Below, one piece after another: positions 1 through 12,739 of a stretch of DNA of 64,000 bases. The stretch lies in contig OX597825.1 of the NCBI GenBank assembly GCA_951406725.2, forward strand, positions 38,316,001 through 38,380,000. Direction: 5' to 3'. Below the pieces are notes generated by a model that was given only the letters and a program-made list of their open reading frames with translations, was not told the DNA's origin and searched no databases. Source of the stretch: Octopus vulgaris (taxonomy: Eukaryota). The position numbers and the translations under genes are program-made. Each line of letters opens with the position of its first letter. Position 1 is the stretch's first letter.

Positions 1-229
1 CCTCCCCACACACATACATGCAGAAGTTATATTGGAATATTTTTATGATTCTGCACATTAATAAAGAAACGGCTTATTGGTGTCAACCCCGTAGATATAT
101 GTATTGATAATTGTTCTGATGATAGTTACATGATTATATGTGTGAATGTGCGTGTGAAGACATGTGTATAGATGTATATACATAATATATCCATATATGT
201 TTATGAATACATACATATCTATGTATATA

Positions 230-271
<42 letters not shown>

Positions 272-389
272 TATATGGGGAGAGAGAAAGAGAGAGAGAG
301 AGAAATAGATAGATAGATACATTATATATATATGCATGTATGTATATATAGTGATATATATGTTTATGTGCGTGCTTGTGTCTATATTT

Positions 390-900
390 ACTTTTTAGAT
401 TTTATCTTTTATTTCTTACAGGTTTCTGTCGACCGTTCAGGCCATGAGGGATCACCATGCTTCATTGTTTCTGACGAGTTGGAGGGACGTTGCTGTTGAT
501 CGTGTCTCCTTCCGCGATTTTGGACCATATCGTATCTCATATAATAATTTTATCAGACTCGCTTTGAAGAGCTCCACATCTACACCTCATAATTCTCAGG
601 CTGTTTGACAGAATTTTGAACATTTGTGGACCCATAAACATTTTTGGACCCTATTCTGGATAGAGGAGACGAGAACTTGATATTATGTAGTTCAGTGTTT
701 TGTATAGCTTTCACTTCCAAAGTTGGGAGACAAACATCTCAGCATCTCCCATGTTTATATTATTGTATATATTTTGTGCCTTCTGTCTAGGAAGTAGACT
801 TTCAGCATCCGCCAGTAGTTCTGTTTCACTGGGTTAATATGTATTGTTTAGTTGCGCTGGACTGCCTGAAGTTCCACAACCACATTGACGCTCTCTCGTG
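390..900 (-). mobile_element. Degraded 3' end of a CR1-group LINE
   Basis: The minus strand gives broken ORF2 C-terminal motifs (NYWRMLKVYFLDRR..WEMLRCLSPNFG; GPQMFKIL..DVELFKASLDKLLYEI..GPKSRKE), followed by a 3' tail ending aaataaaagataaaa. Confidence 0.65.
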
Positions 901-1980
901 ACCAAACTAGGCAGCAGCAATGCATAGAATGTTAAAAATATTTTCCATAGGAGTAGCATGGTATCTTTTTTCTGATTCGGAATGATCTGAGAATCTATCC
1001 AGCTACACACACATATAAACACGCACACATATACACACACGCACACAGGAACGCAGATTCATACACGCACACACACACATCTTAAAATAATTCTACTTGT
1101 CATTGCGTTACTTAACCCATAGGTAACGCTTTCACGTGATTAGACACAAAGAAGAAGAAAAAAATGGGAGAGAGAAAAAGAGTATGAGATAAAAAGAGGG
1201 AGAGAGAAGCGTCTATGACATAAGGTAGGGGTATGTAATTGTAACGGTTTCAAGTGATTAGTTGAAGAGTAAGAGAGGAGAAAAAAGGATACACAAAATA
1301 GGTGTTCAAAACATGATTGCTGAGTAATCCGGTGCAAACCATTAACTACTGGAGCACCTATTTTATATATCTTTATCTACCTCTGAAAAGATTCGACTTT
1401 TAAATAATTTTTAATTTGATTAATTTATTTTCTGAAGGTCTGGAATTGAAATAGCTTGTCAATTTTTTTAATTAATAAACAATATTTTATTAATTACCTC
1501 TCTATTTTCTCATATTATTAAATGTGTGTGCGTATCTGTGTGTGTGTATTTATGTATAGATAGATAAATAGATAGATTTAGTAACATATTTCTTTTGTAC
1601 CAATTATATGCATAGATGATCCTTATATGCAAGCCCCATTTCAATCACATATATATTAATTTCAATGATGGCTAATGTGGCAAGATTAATAACAAAAATT
1701 GAAACAATTTACGGTGCTTTGTCTCACATATGAAGGAATTGCAGAAAATCCTAATCAAATTCACATAGTTAAATATTATTTTCTGCAACTAGAGATGACA
1801 TGTTTTCCCACATATTATATCAACATTGCTGTTACACAAATCTGGTAACTGTTTATAAAATTTTAGCCGCGTACACTTCACTTCCTGACAATCAATCGTG
1901 AAGGAAATTAATTGTTCGGTAGCTGGTGATTACACATTGAATGAAAAAGCAAAAGCACTTGTATATGTATATACGTATAA

Positions 1981-2021
<41 letters not shown>

Positions 2022-2078
2022 TATAACATATATTTATGTATGTATATATGCATGTATATATATTTGTGTGTTTATATA

Positions 2079-2129
<51 letters not shown>

Positions 2130-2289
2130 TGTGTGTGTGTGTGTGTTATAAAAGTTTTATTCACCAAATATACGAGATAAAAGTGGTAATTATTCCTCTA
2201 AAATATATATCAGAAAGATTTCAGTATATTAAATTAGAAATTGTTAATATTTAATGCATCAAAAGAAAATATATTAAGATGAATCGGTG

Positions 2290-4330
2290 GATATATATGA
2301 AAGAAACAAAAAAACACTGAATGCTGATATAATTTTGGCGCATCGTTTAGTTCCACTTTTAGTGAAAAATCTCCCTTTGTTCTTCCTCTCCAGCATTTCG
2401 TTCTCGTTATCTAACTTTCGACGGTTATCTTTCGGTTTGAATACCTATGTATTTATTATCAAAGCTTCTTGGGGAGAGTTACCAAAAACATTCACTCATT
2501 CCAATAGCCATCGATAAAATTTTAGCGGCGTAAACTGTTGTGTCGCATGAACATCACTCGTTCGTTTTAGGCAATTAGACTTTGAAGTTAAAGTCAATGC
2601 TTTTTCCTAATTCTATCGGAAAAGATAATACTGATAATTATTCTATGAAATTACATTTAAAATATATTTCTGATTGAACATGCAATATCGGAGCTGAAAT
2701 TGCTAAATTTTAGCGTTTTGCAAAAAAATCCGTATAAGTTTTTCACTACTGCACCAACGTTTACGAGGTACAAAGAATTAGATTGGTTCCATTGAGATAT
2801 ATTTACGCGCAATTAAATTAAAAGACAATAAAGGATATAGAAATTGATAAGGATGTACATTTATTTAACCGTTATTCTACTGATTTTGAACGGTGAAATT
2901 TATAATTTACTTATGAAATCTAAATTCATCGATCATAGTTTCAATACAATTTTGTTTGACACTGAGGTAAAATAAATATATGACTAAAATATAGTTTATA
3001 AAAAGGTATGTGTTGTTCCGCCCAGTAATTATTTGCCTTTATTCCTAAATCAAGTGAAATATTGTTGTAAAGTCTTACTACATGAAAACTAAGTAAAAGT
3101 GAATGCGATTTAGTCGTTTTGGGAAGGAAGTCGATATAACACCGGATGAAAATAGGTATGTGAGTACATAAGTGTATGAAAATAATGTCAGTTAAATTGC
3201 TTAGACGATGGGTAGGACATGTTGAACCCGCTATCATAAGACTAAGTTTTAGATCTTCTGGGTGTAATAATTTTATGTACTCGTTTTTTCCCCTTTGCAC
3301 TGTTCAATTTCTCTTGACTTCTGTATTTTTCGTAAGCCGTAGCAGTTGCTGAGTTTTGATTCGAAACCGGTGATGTAGTCTTTTTTTAAAATTTTTAGTA
3401 AGGAAATTGAAGTGTTTTGAAACCAGGTTATTGACATGCTTCAAGATGTGGTGGTTAATATTTAAAGGTATTTCACAGTAGAATGTCATATTATTAATTT
3501 CTTCTCAGTTAAAGCCCTGTAGTATTCGGCACCCATTATGACAATGGTACTCATTTAACTGCTTGTTTAATGATTATTGTGTTATAGTTTTGTAGGTGTT
3601 TAAGTGCAGATATCTCTGATTTGCTAATATTTGGCCTAACGTAAGTATTGTGTCTAAGGGGAAATTTATCAAAATATCAATGTATTGATCGAGAGAGTGC
3701 ATTCTTCCTTATAGTAGGGCGAAGTTTGGTTTATTCTTTACTAAGGATTCATCAATTACACTACTTTTATTAGCAAAGAATTCAACAAGTCGTAATTTCC
3801 GACAGAAATTTTGGATATCATCCTCCAATTCTTGTATGCATGTATGCATGTATACATGTATGTATGTATGTATGTATGTATGTATGTATGTATGTATGTA
3901 TGTATGTATGTATGCATGCATGTATGTATGTATGTATGTATGTATGTATGTATGTATGTATGTATGTATGTATGTATGTATGTATGTATGCATGCATGCA
4001 TGCATGCATGTATGTATGTACGTATGTATGTATGTATGTATGTATGTGTATGTATGTATGTATGTTTGTATGTATGTATACACAGGATTTGAATGAGACT
4101 TACCATCAGATTAATACCTCTGAAATACGCTAGACAGGCAAGCTTTACAAGCTGCTGGAAATTATCACGAAAAAATTCAAACCTAAAATATATGGCTGCT
4201 CTCAGAGAAAGACTGTAAAATGACGAGATAAACATAAAGGAACAATGTAAACAGAAGAAACGAGCATTGAGGGTAAGGAGTAAGAAATGCCTGCAATTTG
4301 GCCCGTGACAATGGGAAATAATAATTAACT
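2290..4330 (-). mobile_element. Penelope-like element, degraded ORF (N-terminus and RT fingers), split by (TATG)n
   Basis: Minus-strand fragments ELEDDIQNFCRKLRLVEFF..DESLVKNK, TFYCEIPLNINHHILKHVNNLVSKH, LHPEDLKL..IAGSTCPTHRLSNLTDII and LLSFHVVRLYNNISLDLGI are collinear and match PLE RT motifs (RPII..PT.RLS, SFDV.SLY). Confidence 0.85.
3834..4080. repeat. (TATG)n microsatellite inside the PLE ORF
   Basis: Direct tetranucleotide run with TGCA variants. Confidence 0.98.
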
Positions 4331-4336
4331 GGTGTA

Positions 4337-4621
<285 letters not shown>

Positions 4622-4940
4622 CGTGTTTGTATTTGGTTTTATGAGATTCGTGATGTGAATTCACTTCTTACAACTGAATTGTGATTCTCTTCTAATAAAT
4701 GAGATATTGCTAATACTGGATAGGAATATATATATATATACTACGTAGTAATAACACAAGGCTACTATTCCAACTAATGCCCTATTTATATAAATGTGTG
4801 CGTCCAGATGTGTGAGGGTAGGGGTACGCAGGTATAGTTAGGTATGTCGTTTAGGTTTAGGATGACTAATGGAAACAACAAAATCCCACAAATAAAAAAC
4901 AATGACTATGTACAACTCAAATAAGCAATAATACACATTT

Positions 4941-5330
4941 ACGCAAGCACTTAGGCATTTGAACGCATGTACGCTTGAATAGAGGGATATAGGCTAGCAT
5001 TAAAAAGATACAAGAAAATACATGTAATATAAGCAAGTCCAATACACCACCATACACGCAGGTATACACGCAGGGAGCAACGAAATCCCTACAAATAAGA
5101 ACTTGTAAATATGTAGAACTCCAAGTTGCAACACTACACATTTAAGCACGCACGCATTTGTGCATTTGCCCGCATGTACATGGGGATAGAGAGATATAGG
5201 CTATCATTAGAATGATGCAAGAAACCCACATGTAATATAAAGAATTCCAATACACGCATGCATCAAAAACACGCACAGAGGAGCACAAGAACACTTAACG
5301 GCACAAATGTAACAAATATACACCAGTCAT
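4941..5330. repeat. Diverged tandem duplication, period about 207 bp
   Basis: gcatttgaacgcatgtac..gatataggctagcatta..acatgtaatataa..tccaatacac recurs as gcatttgcccgcatgtac..gatataggctatcatta..acatgtaatataa..tccaatacac. Confidence 0.8.
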
Positions 5331-6291
5331 GTGCACGTACAAACACAGACAAGTATGCACAGGCACTCCCGCACACATGCGCACATACACAGACATGTTT
5401 AGGCCTTCACGCGTGCAAACACACACACATGAGCGAGGGAACACTTACACTCATACAAGAACACAAATATACAGACATATACAACAGGGGCTACACAAGA
5501 CTCGCTACACCACACGCACAGGCCAGGGCGCAGATATACACGTACTAGAACGCACATTCATAAGCAAACACAAACACATTCACACGTATACGAACAAACA
5601 CAATCACAAAACTGACTCAGCCACACAAACACGCACACTAGATCACAAGATTTCTCTCATACGAACACCTACACACACCTACCCTAACTCTTGTTTCCCA
5701 TGCAGGGACATAGACCCATAAATCTTTACGCATGACAAGCAAATCCCAGCTGATCGGAGACCGAAATGAACTTGAACACAAGCCTAATACTAAAGGTGGC
5801 CAATGCAATCAAACTGACATACAGAAAAACACTATTCTACACATACAATCACACGCCGACATGCGCATCCCAAAACCGCGCGTGGGCACACGTCCACACC
5901 CACTTGCATGCCACACGTTTAATCTCCCCCTTCCTTTCTCTTTTAAGCAACCACCCATCTACATATGAACATTTAAGCATACTCATATATACTCAAGGCA
6001 GAAATTGTAGAGAGGAGGCATGTCATTAGTGAGGTAAACGCATTACGCAGACAATCGACTATCAAAAAAAAAAAATGATAATGAATCGCTGGGTATGTTT
6101 AATATTCCAGTAATGACTCTCCCAGATACTAGAGACACACGATCACATATTTATATATTGAGGGATCAATACATAAGTCACACGTATAGATACATAAGTA
6201 AGCAGAGTGCTCAGATGTGTGCGTGTGTGTGTGTGTGTGCCCGTGTCAGGTCATTAAGAATGAAATTTCCGATTTTGAACTGAAAGTTTAT

Positions 6292-6513
6292 TGTTCTATA
6301 TTTAAAAGATGAGGAATTATGTACATTATTTACATTATTTACATTTGACTGATAGTTCTCCTAATCTTGTTTGTTGTTAACACAACGTTCCGGCTGATAA
6401 ACACTCCAACCTTCATCAGGTGTATTGGGGAAATTTCGAACCTGGGTTCTCATTCCTAAGGTATTTTCGATGTTGTTGTTGTTGTTGTTGTTGTTATTAT
6501 TACTATTATTATA

Positions 6514-6566
<53 letters not shown>

Positions 6567-6745
6567 CATTATTATCATTATTATTATTATTTGATATTAT
6601 TGATATTCAGGTCTCTGCCTGGAATCGAACTCTGAATCTTGGTGTTAGTAGCACGCGCTCTTAACCAATAGGTAATGAATGCTACAGGGTACGTTGTATG
6701 AACAACAAACACGATTAGGACAAATATCCGTCAAATGTAAATAAT
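6292..6745 (-). mobile_element. tRNA-headed non-autonomous element with (AAT)n body, HHR-like motif and inverted end copy
   Basis: Minus strand reads TGGTTAAGAGCGCG..GAGTTCGATTCC (A/B box-like), then (AAT)n/(AAC)n, then acac-CTGATGA..GGAA-cgtt-gtgt. 6700-6745 is an inverted copy of about 6334-6378. Confidence 0.7.
6380..6423 (-). ncRNA. Minimal type I hammerhead motif (GAAA mutated to GGAA)
   Basis: acac CTGATGA a ggttg..cagcc GGAA cg TT gtgt; stems I and II pair. Confidence 0.6.
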
Positions 6746-6898
6746 TTAAATAATGAAAGTTTATTTTATTTTATCGCAACAATAAACCAATGCAGTTAAT
6801 CAAAGTATTCACCTAAATTAACAACACAATTTTGTCATTTAATAGGTAGCTTATTTATGTCGGCAGCGAAGAATTCTGGAGAACAAGCGGTGATAGCA

Positions 6899-7170
6899 CT
6901 TATTCTATCGTTCTCTTTTGCCGAACCGGGGACATAAACACGCCAGCACCTGTTGTCAAGCAATGCTAGGGGGACAAACACAGAGACACAAACATACAAA
7001 CACATACATATATATATACATATATACGACGGGCTTCTTTCAGTTTCCGTAAACCAAATCCACTCCCAAGCCTTGGCCTTCCCGAGGCTATAGTAGAAGA
7101 CACTTGCCCAAGGTGCCACGCAGTGGGACTGAACCCGGAACCATGTGGTTGGTAAACAAGCTACTTACCA
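6899..7170 (-). mobile_element. tRNA-derived SINE family A, partial
   Basis: Reverse complement of tggtaagtagcttg..gggttcagtccc..ccttgggcaagtgtcttctac, as in the copies at 9184, 12318 and 61415. Confidence 0.92.
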
Positions 7171-7394
7171 TTGCTACTTACCAAACTATTCATTGCTTTG
7201 AATGAACACCGGCTAATGAACGGTGTCAGGTCCAATAGTTCCTGAGTTAAACGATTATTTGTAAGGGAGGTAAGTAGTTTTGGATTTTGTGCAGTTAGGT
7301 TAGATACAGAATTGTAATGTGAATGGTGTAAGGGATGCATGGGGGTTAGTGGTATTAATTGAAAGGTTAGTAGTTTTCTGTATTATGTTATGTG

Positions 7395-7734
7395 TTCATA
7401 TTTAGTTGGGGAAGATATTTATTGATGAAAAGTGTCTCTTTATTCAATCATGGCTGCATTGTGAACATTGATAGAAGGGGACAATTTGGAAATTAGGATT
7501 AAGATTCCTAGCACACTTTTCTATGTGTTCACTAACTTGTAACTGTCTGCATTTAAATAAATTTGGATTTGTTCTTTGTGGATTGTGGTTCTTCGACGGA
7601 GGGATAATCCTGTTTGTCCATATAGTGGTTACCACATCCTAAGCATGTCATGGCATAAAGTAGATTTTCCGAGGCACAGGTGAAATTTGATTTGATCTTA
7701 AATATTTCACCTTCAAAACGTGGGGGTATGTTCC

Positions 7735-7735
<1 letters not shown>
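7395..7735 (-). mobile_element. PLE GIY-YIG endonuclease fragment
   Basis: FKIKSNFTCASENLLYAMTCLGCGNHY..GQTGLSLRRRTTIHKEQI..VSEHIEKCARNLNPNFQIVPFYQC is read across frameshifts. Confidence 0.85.
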
Positions 7736-7824
<89 letters not shown>

Positions 7825-9151
7825 CATACACACACAAACACACACACACATACATAAAACGTATATTCAAAATTCCTGTCAGAAGTAGCTGAATAATGAA
7901 AAAATTATGAATATCAGATTCTTCATGTAAGTGAGTTGTTGAAAGCTTGCAGCCTTGCACCTCTGGGTTATTGTCTTAAAATTCACAGCATGTTTGGAAG
8001 CTCAAGGAAATGAAACCGCCTCAAAAGTTAAAGAAAACGACAGATATCGGAATTTTTGTTTTCAGACTTTATGCGCATTAACTTACGAAACGAAATCGAA
8101 TCGCTTGCTAGAGTAAAATTTATTTCACGATGCACAAATAGATATCTCTCGTTTTCGTTCACTTCAAGTGCACTAAATAAGCTAATTCTTCATGCGTAAA
8201 TGAATTATGAAAAATGATTTTCTAAAATATATTCCGTATTTCATCGAAACTTCATTTATTCATGAATCAACTAACCAAATTCCAAGAGGAAACTTTTTGC
8301 ATCACTAAACGAGTTGAGTAGATAATCTCAGATATTTTTTAATTAATTTTATAAAATTTCCATTCTGGTGCATTTGCCTGGTTTGTTATCGTGAATGTGA
8401 CAAACATACTTCTGCGTTATTAAACTTGTCAGCGTAACATCAGGAGCAGAAACGCTATTTGCCATAGATATATTAATTTACATATATAAACAGAATTTCA
8501 TGTATTACTTCCCAATAACCCCGTCACTTGATAAGGATTATTGATGCGTTTATTTTATTCAGTCCCGCTGAGTCGAATATTCCTCTTTAATTGGATATTT
8601 CACTTGCGTGCATACGTGTAACACTAACCGTATATAGCTATTCTTAATCTACGAAATTGTAATAATTTAGCATAATTTTGTTTCGTAATATGCAAATTAC
8701 AAGTGACTATGCAAATATACTTGCATCTTCATTTCTCTAAGAAAAACTACGCCCCAGGTAACTTTAAGATAAATTGGCTAAGTTAACATGGTTCAAAATC
8801 AACGGAGTATAACTGTTGCTCTTAATCATAGCAGATTAAAAAGTCCACGCGTAATATACATGAGAGAATTCATATATACTTAAGTTACGTCAGTCGTTTT
8901 CTGAGGAGACAAGGAACGCCTAGGTGCTTTTTAATAACACAAAAACAACATCGATTGTAGCACCGTGGTGTTGAGTGTTGCAAATTGCTCAGCAGATTAG
9001 GTTCTTACTTATCCCTCCCTCTATCATAATTCCTTTTCCACTCTCTCTCACCTTCCTTCACTCGCCATCCACTCACGGTCATACAGGTAATGATGTTCAA
9101 CGTTGTATACCATCTGACTAACAATATCAGACGTTTTGCATCTATACTTGC

Positions 9152-9183
<32 letters not shown>

Positions 9184-9312
9184 GGCGCAGGAATGGGTAT
9201 GGGGTAAGTAGCTTACTTACCAACTATATGGCTCCCCGGGTTCAGTCCCACTGTGGGCCGACCAAAGACTTCTGAGTGGGTTTGCTAGACAGAAACTGAA
9301 AGAAGCCTGTCG

Positions 9313-9366
<54 letters not shown>

Positions 9367-9575
9367 TATATGTGTGTGGTGGGGGTCTATGTTTGGGTGT
9401 CTGCGTTTGTCTTCCCACCGTCGCTTGACATCCGATGGTGGTTTAGCAAACTAAAGGATAGTATAAGTACTAGGCTTACAAAATATAAATCCGGTGGTCG
9501 AGCGCTGTTCGTCTAAAGGCGGTGCTCTGGCATGGCTGCAGTCAAACGGCCGAAACAAAAATAAATTATAAAAGA
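9184..9575 (+). mobile_element. SINE family A
   Basis: ggcgcagga..ggtaagtagctt..gggttcagtccc head, (TA)n/(TG)n middle and ggcggtgctctggcatggctgcagtc..gaaac tail. Confidence 0.92.
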
Positions 9576-9616
9576 ATATATATATAATATAATAAAAGAA
9601 TATATATATAATACTC

Positions 9617-10692
9617 AACTTGATTAAGGGTGTGTATAACACATATATCGCTAGAAATAGGAGCTAAAATGATCCAATGGATTTACAAAATACATAACAT
9701 ATACTCTGGTAGGGGCTGCAATCGCCCAGAACACCCAACCGAGAATTCCTTACACTGACCGGCCAGTTCGGCAATTTCCGTTGTGTCTCAGTAACGCCAG
9801 TTCATTCGGTTGATTCCGGGCTAGCTCGCTTATCAGAGTATATATATTCACCGTAAAAATATATGGATAATTTAGCAGATCGCTGGTATGTATACAACAA
9901 ATTAATAAAAGCAGCCTTTTGCAACGTTATAACGTAATGGAAAATTATAGACGTCAACTAAACTTGAATAAGGATGTGAATAACCATTAGATAATTAGAA
10001 ACAGGAGGTAAAATGCTCCAATGCACTTACAAAGCACATAACATATACACTAATACAGGTTGCAATCACCCCGAACATCGAACCGAGAATTTTTTAGAAT
10101 GACTAGCCTGTACGGCAATTTCGATTGTTATCTTCAGTAAGACCAGCTCGTTCGGTTGATTCTGGGCTAGCTTGCCTATCAGAATATATATATATTCACT
10201 GTAAAAATCAGTGGATGATTTAGCCTATCGTTAATGGGTATACGAAAAATTAACAGCTGTTTGCAATGTTAGACCATAAAAAAAGTTTTAGTCGACAACT
10301 AAACTTGAATAAAGATGTGAATAACACCTGCGTTACTAGAAATAAGAGCTAAAATGCTCCAACGTACATATCCTCTGCTAAATCTGCTAAATCATCCAAA
10401 GATATTTATGGTGAATATATATACTCCGTTAGGCAAGCTAGCCCGGAAGCAACCGAACGAACTGGCCTTACTGAAGATGGCAACGGAAATTGCCGGAACA
10501 GGCCGGCGAGTGTAAGGAATCCTCGGTTCGGTGTCGGAGCCTAGGAAGCCCCTATCGGAATATATGTTATGTGCTTTGTAACAGCATTAGGATATTTTAG
10601 GTCCTATTTCTAGCAAAGTATTTGATATTAACACCGTAAGTTAACGAGTATAAATTTCCGTCACTGTTCAACGTTGGAAAAAGCTGTTTTTA
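9617..10692. repeat. ~345-bp tandem repeat (two full units, one partial) followed by one inverted unit; each full unit has an HHR-like motif
   Basis: aacttga(t/a)taa..tgtg.ataac recurs at 9617, 9961 and 10302; 10382-10692 is the reverse complement of the unit. Confidence 0.9.
10466..10517 (+). ncRNA. Degenerate type I hammerhead motif in the inverted unit
   Basis: cctta CTGAAGA t ggcaa cggaaa ttgcc GGAA cagg..gag TG taagg. Stems I and II are perfect; the GAAA box and cleavage triplet are mutated. Confidence 0.5.
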
Positions 10693-10697
10693 TTATG

Positions 10698-10745
<48 letters not shown>

Positions 10746-12317
10746 TGTGTGTGATTTTCATGTGTGTATACATATATAAGCATAACTACTCGCATGGAAA
10801 ATGCATACTTAGACGCACATAAATATATGTGTATATACATATATTTATGTGTGTTTGTATATAAATTAATATATATATATGTGTGTATGTGTGTATGTGT
10901 GTTTCTGTGGAGACATAGAGAAAGAGAAAGTGAGACCAATAGGCATATATATCTATGTAATATGTGGATATTGATTTTTGTACATATGTTCATGTATACG
11001 CACACACATGCACATTGTTCATTCTATAATAAAACGTTGCCAACTAATTCTCTTAAATTTTACAAAAACCATAATGAGACACATTTAGTTACGCATTTTA
11101 ACCTAAGTAATGCCAGAAGGAATGTCATTTTAACAACTAAAAACGTTTTGGTATTATGTTCTCTGAACGGTATGCTAATATGAGTTCGCCACGCAAGACG
11201 TGGAAGAATTGAAAAGCATAGAAATTGATTCCACTCGATGAATTTATTGTAATTACTGGACTATCAAATTACCCCATAAAATTAGTTATCACTACACCAC
11301 TGAAACTCGGATACAGGAGAGAAGGTAGCAGGTGTCTGAATCTGTTGCTTTAATTTCGATTTAGAATAATCAATTTCGTTAAACTTGAATAAGATATCAG
11401 CGAATAAATGTCAAAAGTGTTTCTCATGAATATATATCTCCATGGTTTGCAACCTACCGATTTCGAATATTAGCCTGGAGGTTAACGAATGATTTGTTAA
11501 AAAATTAGCTCCTATTCATTTTTCCTGCTGATATTACATATACTCTAAAGTAAATTGATGGAATGTATATAATGAACAGGTATATTAAACAGATGTCAAT
11601 CTTTTCGCGAGCCTAGCTTATCTTAGGTTATTTAAAATTCACAGTTGCAGTCTTGAAAGTGAAAATATGTCTAGAAAAGCCCCTTACATCTGTAATATCG
11701 AAACATTTAATACATTTGGCCAACAGTATTACCCTTCAGAACAGAAGGGAATGTTACGTTCTGAGCTGTTTGAAAATTGTCTTTCATTTCTGAAAAGTTA
11801 GCATAGGTTTGTAAAGGATTTCAGTTTTATATCGATTCTCGGCTTCTTTGTCAATACAGAAGTACCATACTTTAGTCATTAATAGCATTACTCACCAATA
11901 AGGCTTAATTTCACGTTTCAAGTCCCCATTTCTCACTACATTACGTAAAAAAATAAATTTGATGATATTAGGAAGCGCTATGTAACCTTTACTCTACATC
12001 TCATGTTACCTGCCTTTCATTGAATAGGCATTTCATTAGAATTTCTGAATACACATCTAATGCATTTCTGACAAGTTTGAGGTGCATGCAATTTGTAGAG
12101 CAATTTCCTATTATACATTGCATCAACTAAATTTGTAATATTATGTTAACTCGTACTGTAAATGTTATTCACCAATATATCTAAACACCAGTTTATATTT
12201 CTCAAATTGTTTATGGATCTGTAATATTCATATTTACGGGTATACCTCTAATATTATAACCGAACTGGTGATGTTTCAATATTCAGCCTTCCTTATTTCC
12301 TGGTACATTATAACATA

Positions 12318-12739
12318 TACTCTTTAACTCTTTTATTTGTTTCAGTCATTTGGGCTGTGGCCATGCTGGAGCACCGCCTTTAGTGAAGCAAATCGACCAA
12401 AAGACTTATTCTGTGTAAGCCTAGTACTTATTCTATCGGTATATTTTGCCGAACCGCTAAGTTACGGGGACGTAAACACACCAGCTTCGGTTGCCAAGTG
12501 ATGTCGAGGGGGGGAGGACAAACGCAGCCACATAAACACACACACACACACAAACATATAAATATACGTATATACGACGGGCTTCTTTCAGTTTCCGTCT
12601 ATCAAATCCACTCACAAGGCCTTGGTCAGCCCGAGGCTATAGTAAATGACACTTGCCGAAGGTGCCATGCAGTGAGACTGAACCCGGAACCATGTGATTC
12701 ATAAGCAAGCTACTTACCACACAGCCACTCCTACGCCTA
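12318..12739 (-). mobile_element. SINE family A, near full length
   Basis: Complete head (ggcgtaggagtggctgtgtggtaagtagc, B box gggttcagtctc), body and tail. Confidence 0.95.

Noticed and set aside
395-421. Strong-looking splice acceptor tttcttacag
   Set aside because: It is the antisense of the LINE 3' tail; no credible exon follows.
9617-10692. CRISPR array
   Set aside because: Units are ~345 bp with no unique spacers; eukaryotic context and no cas genes.
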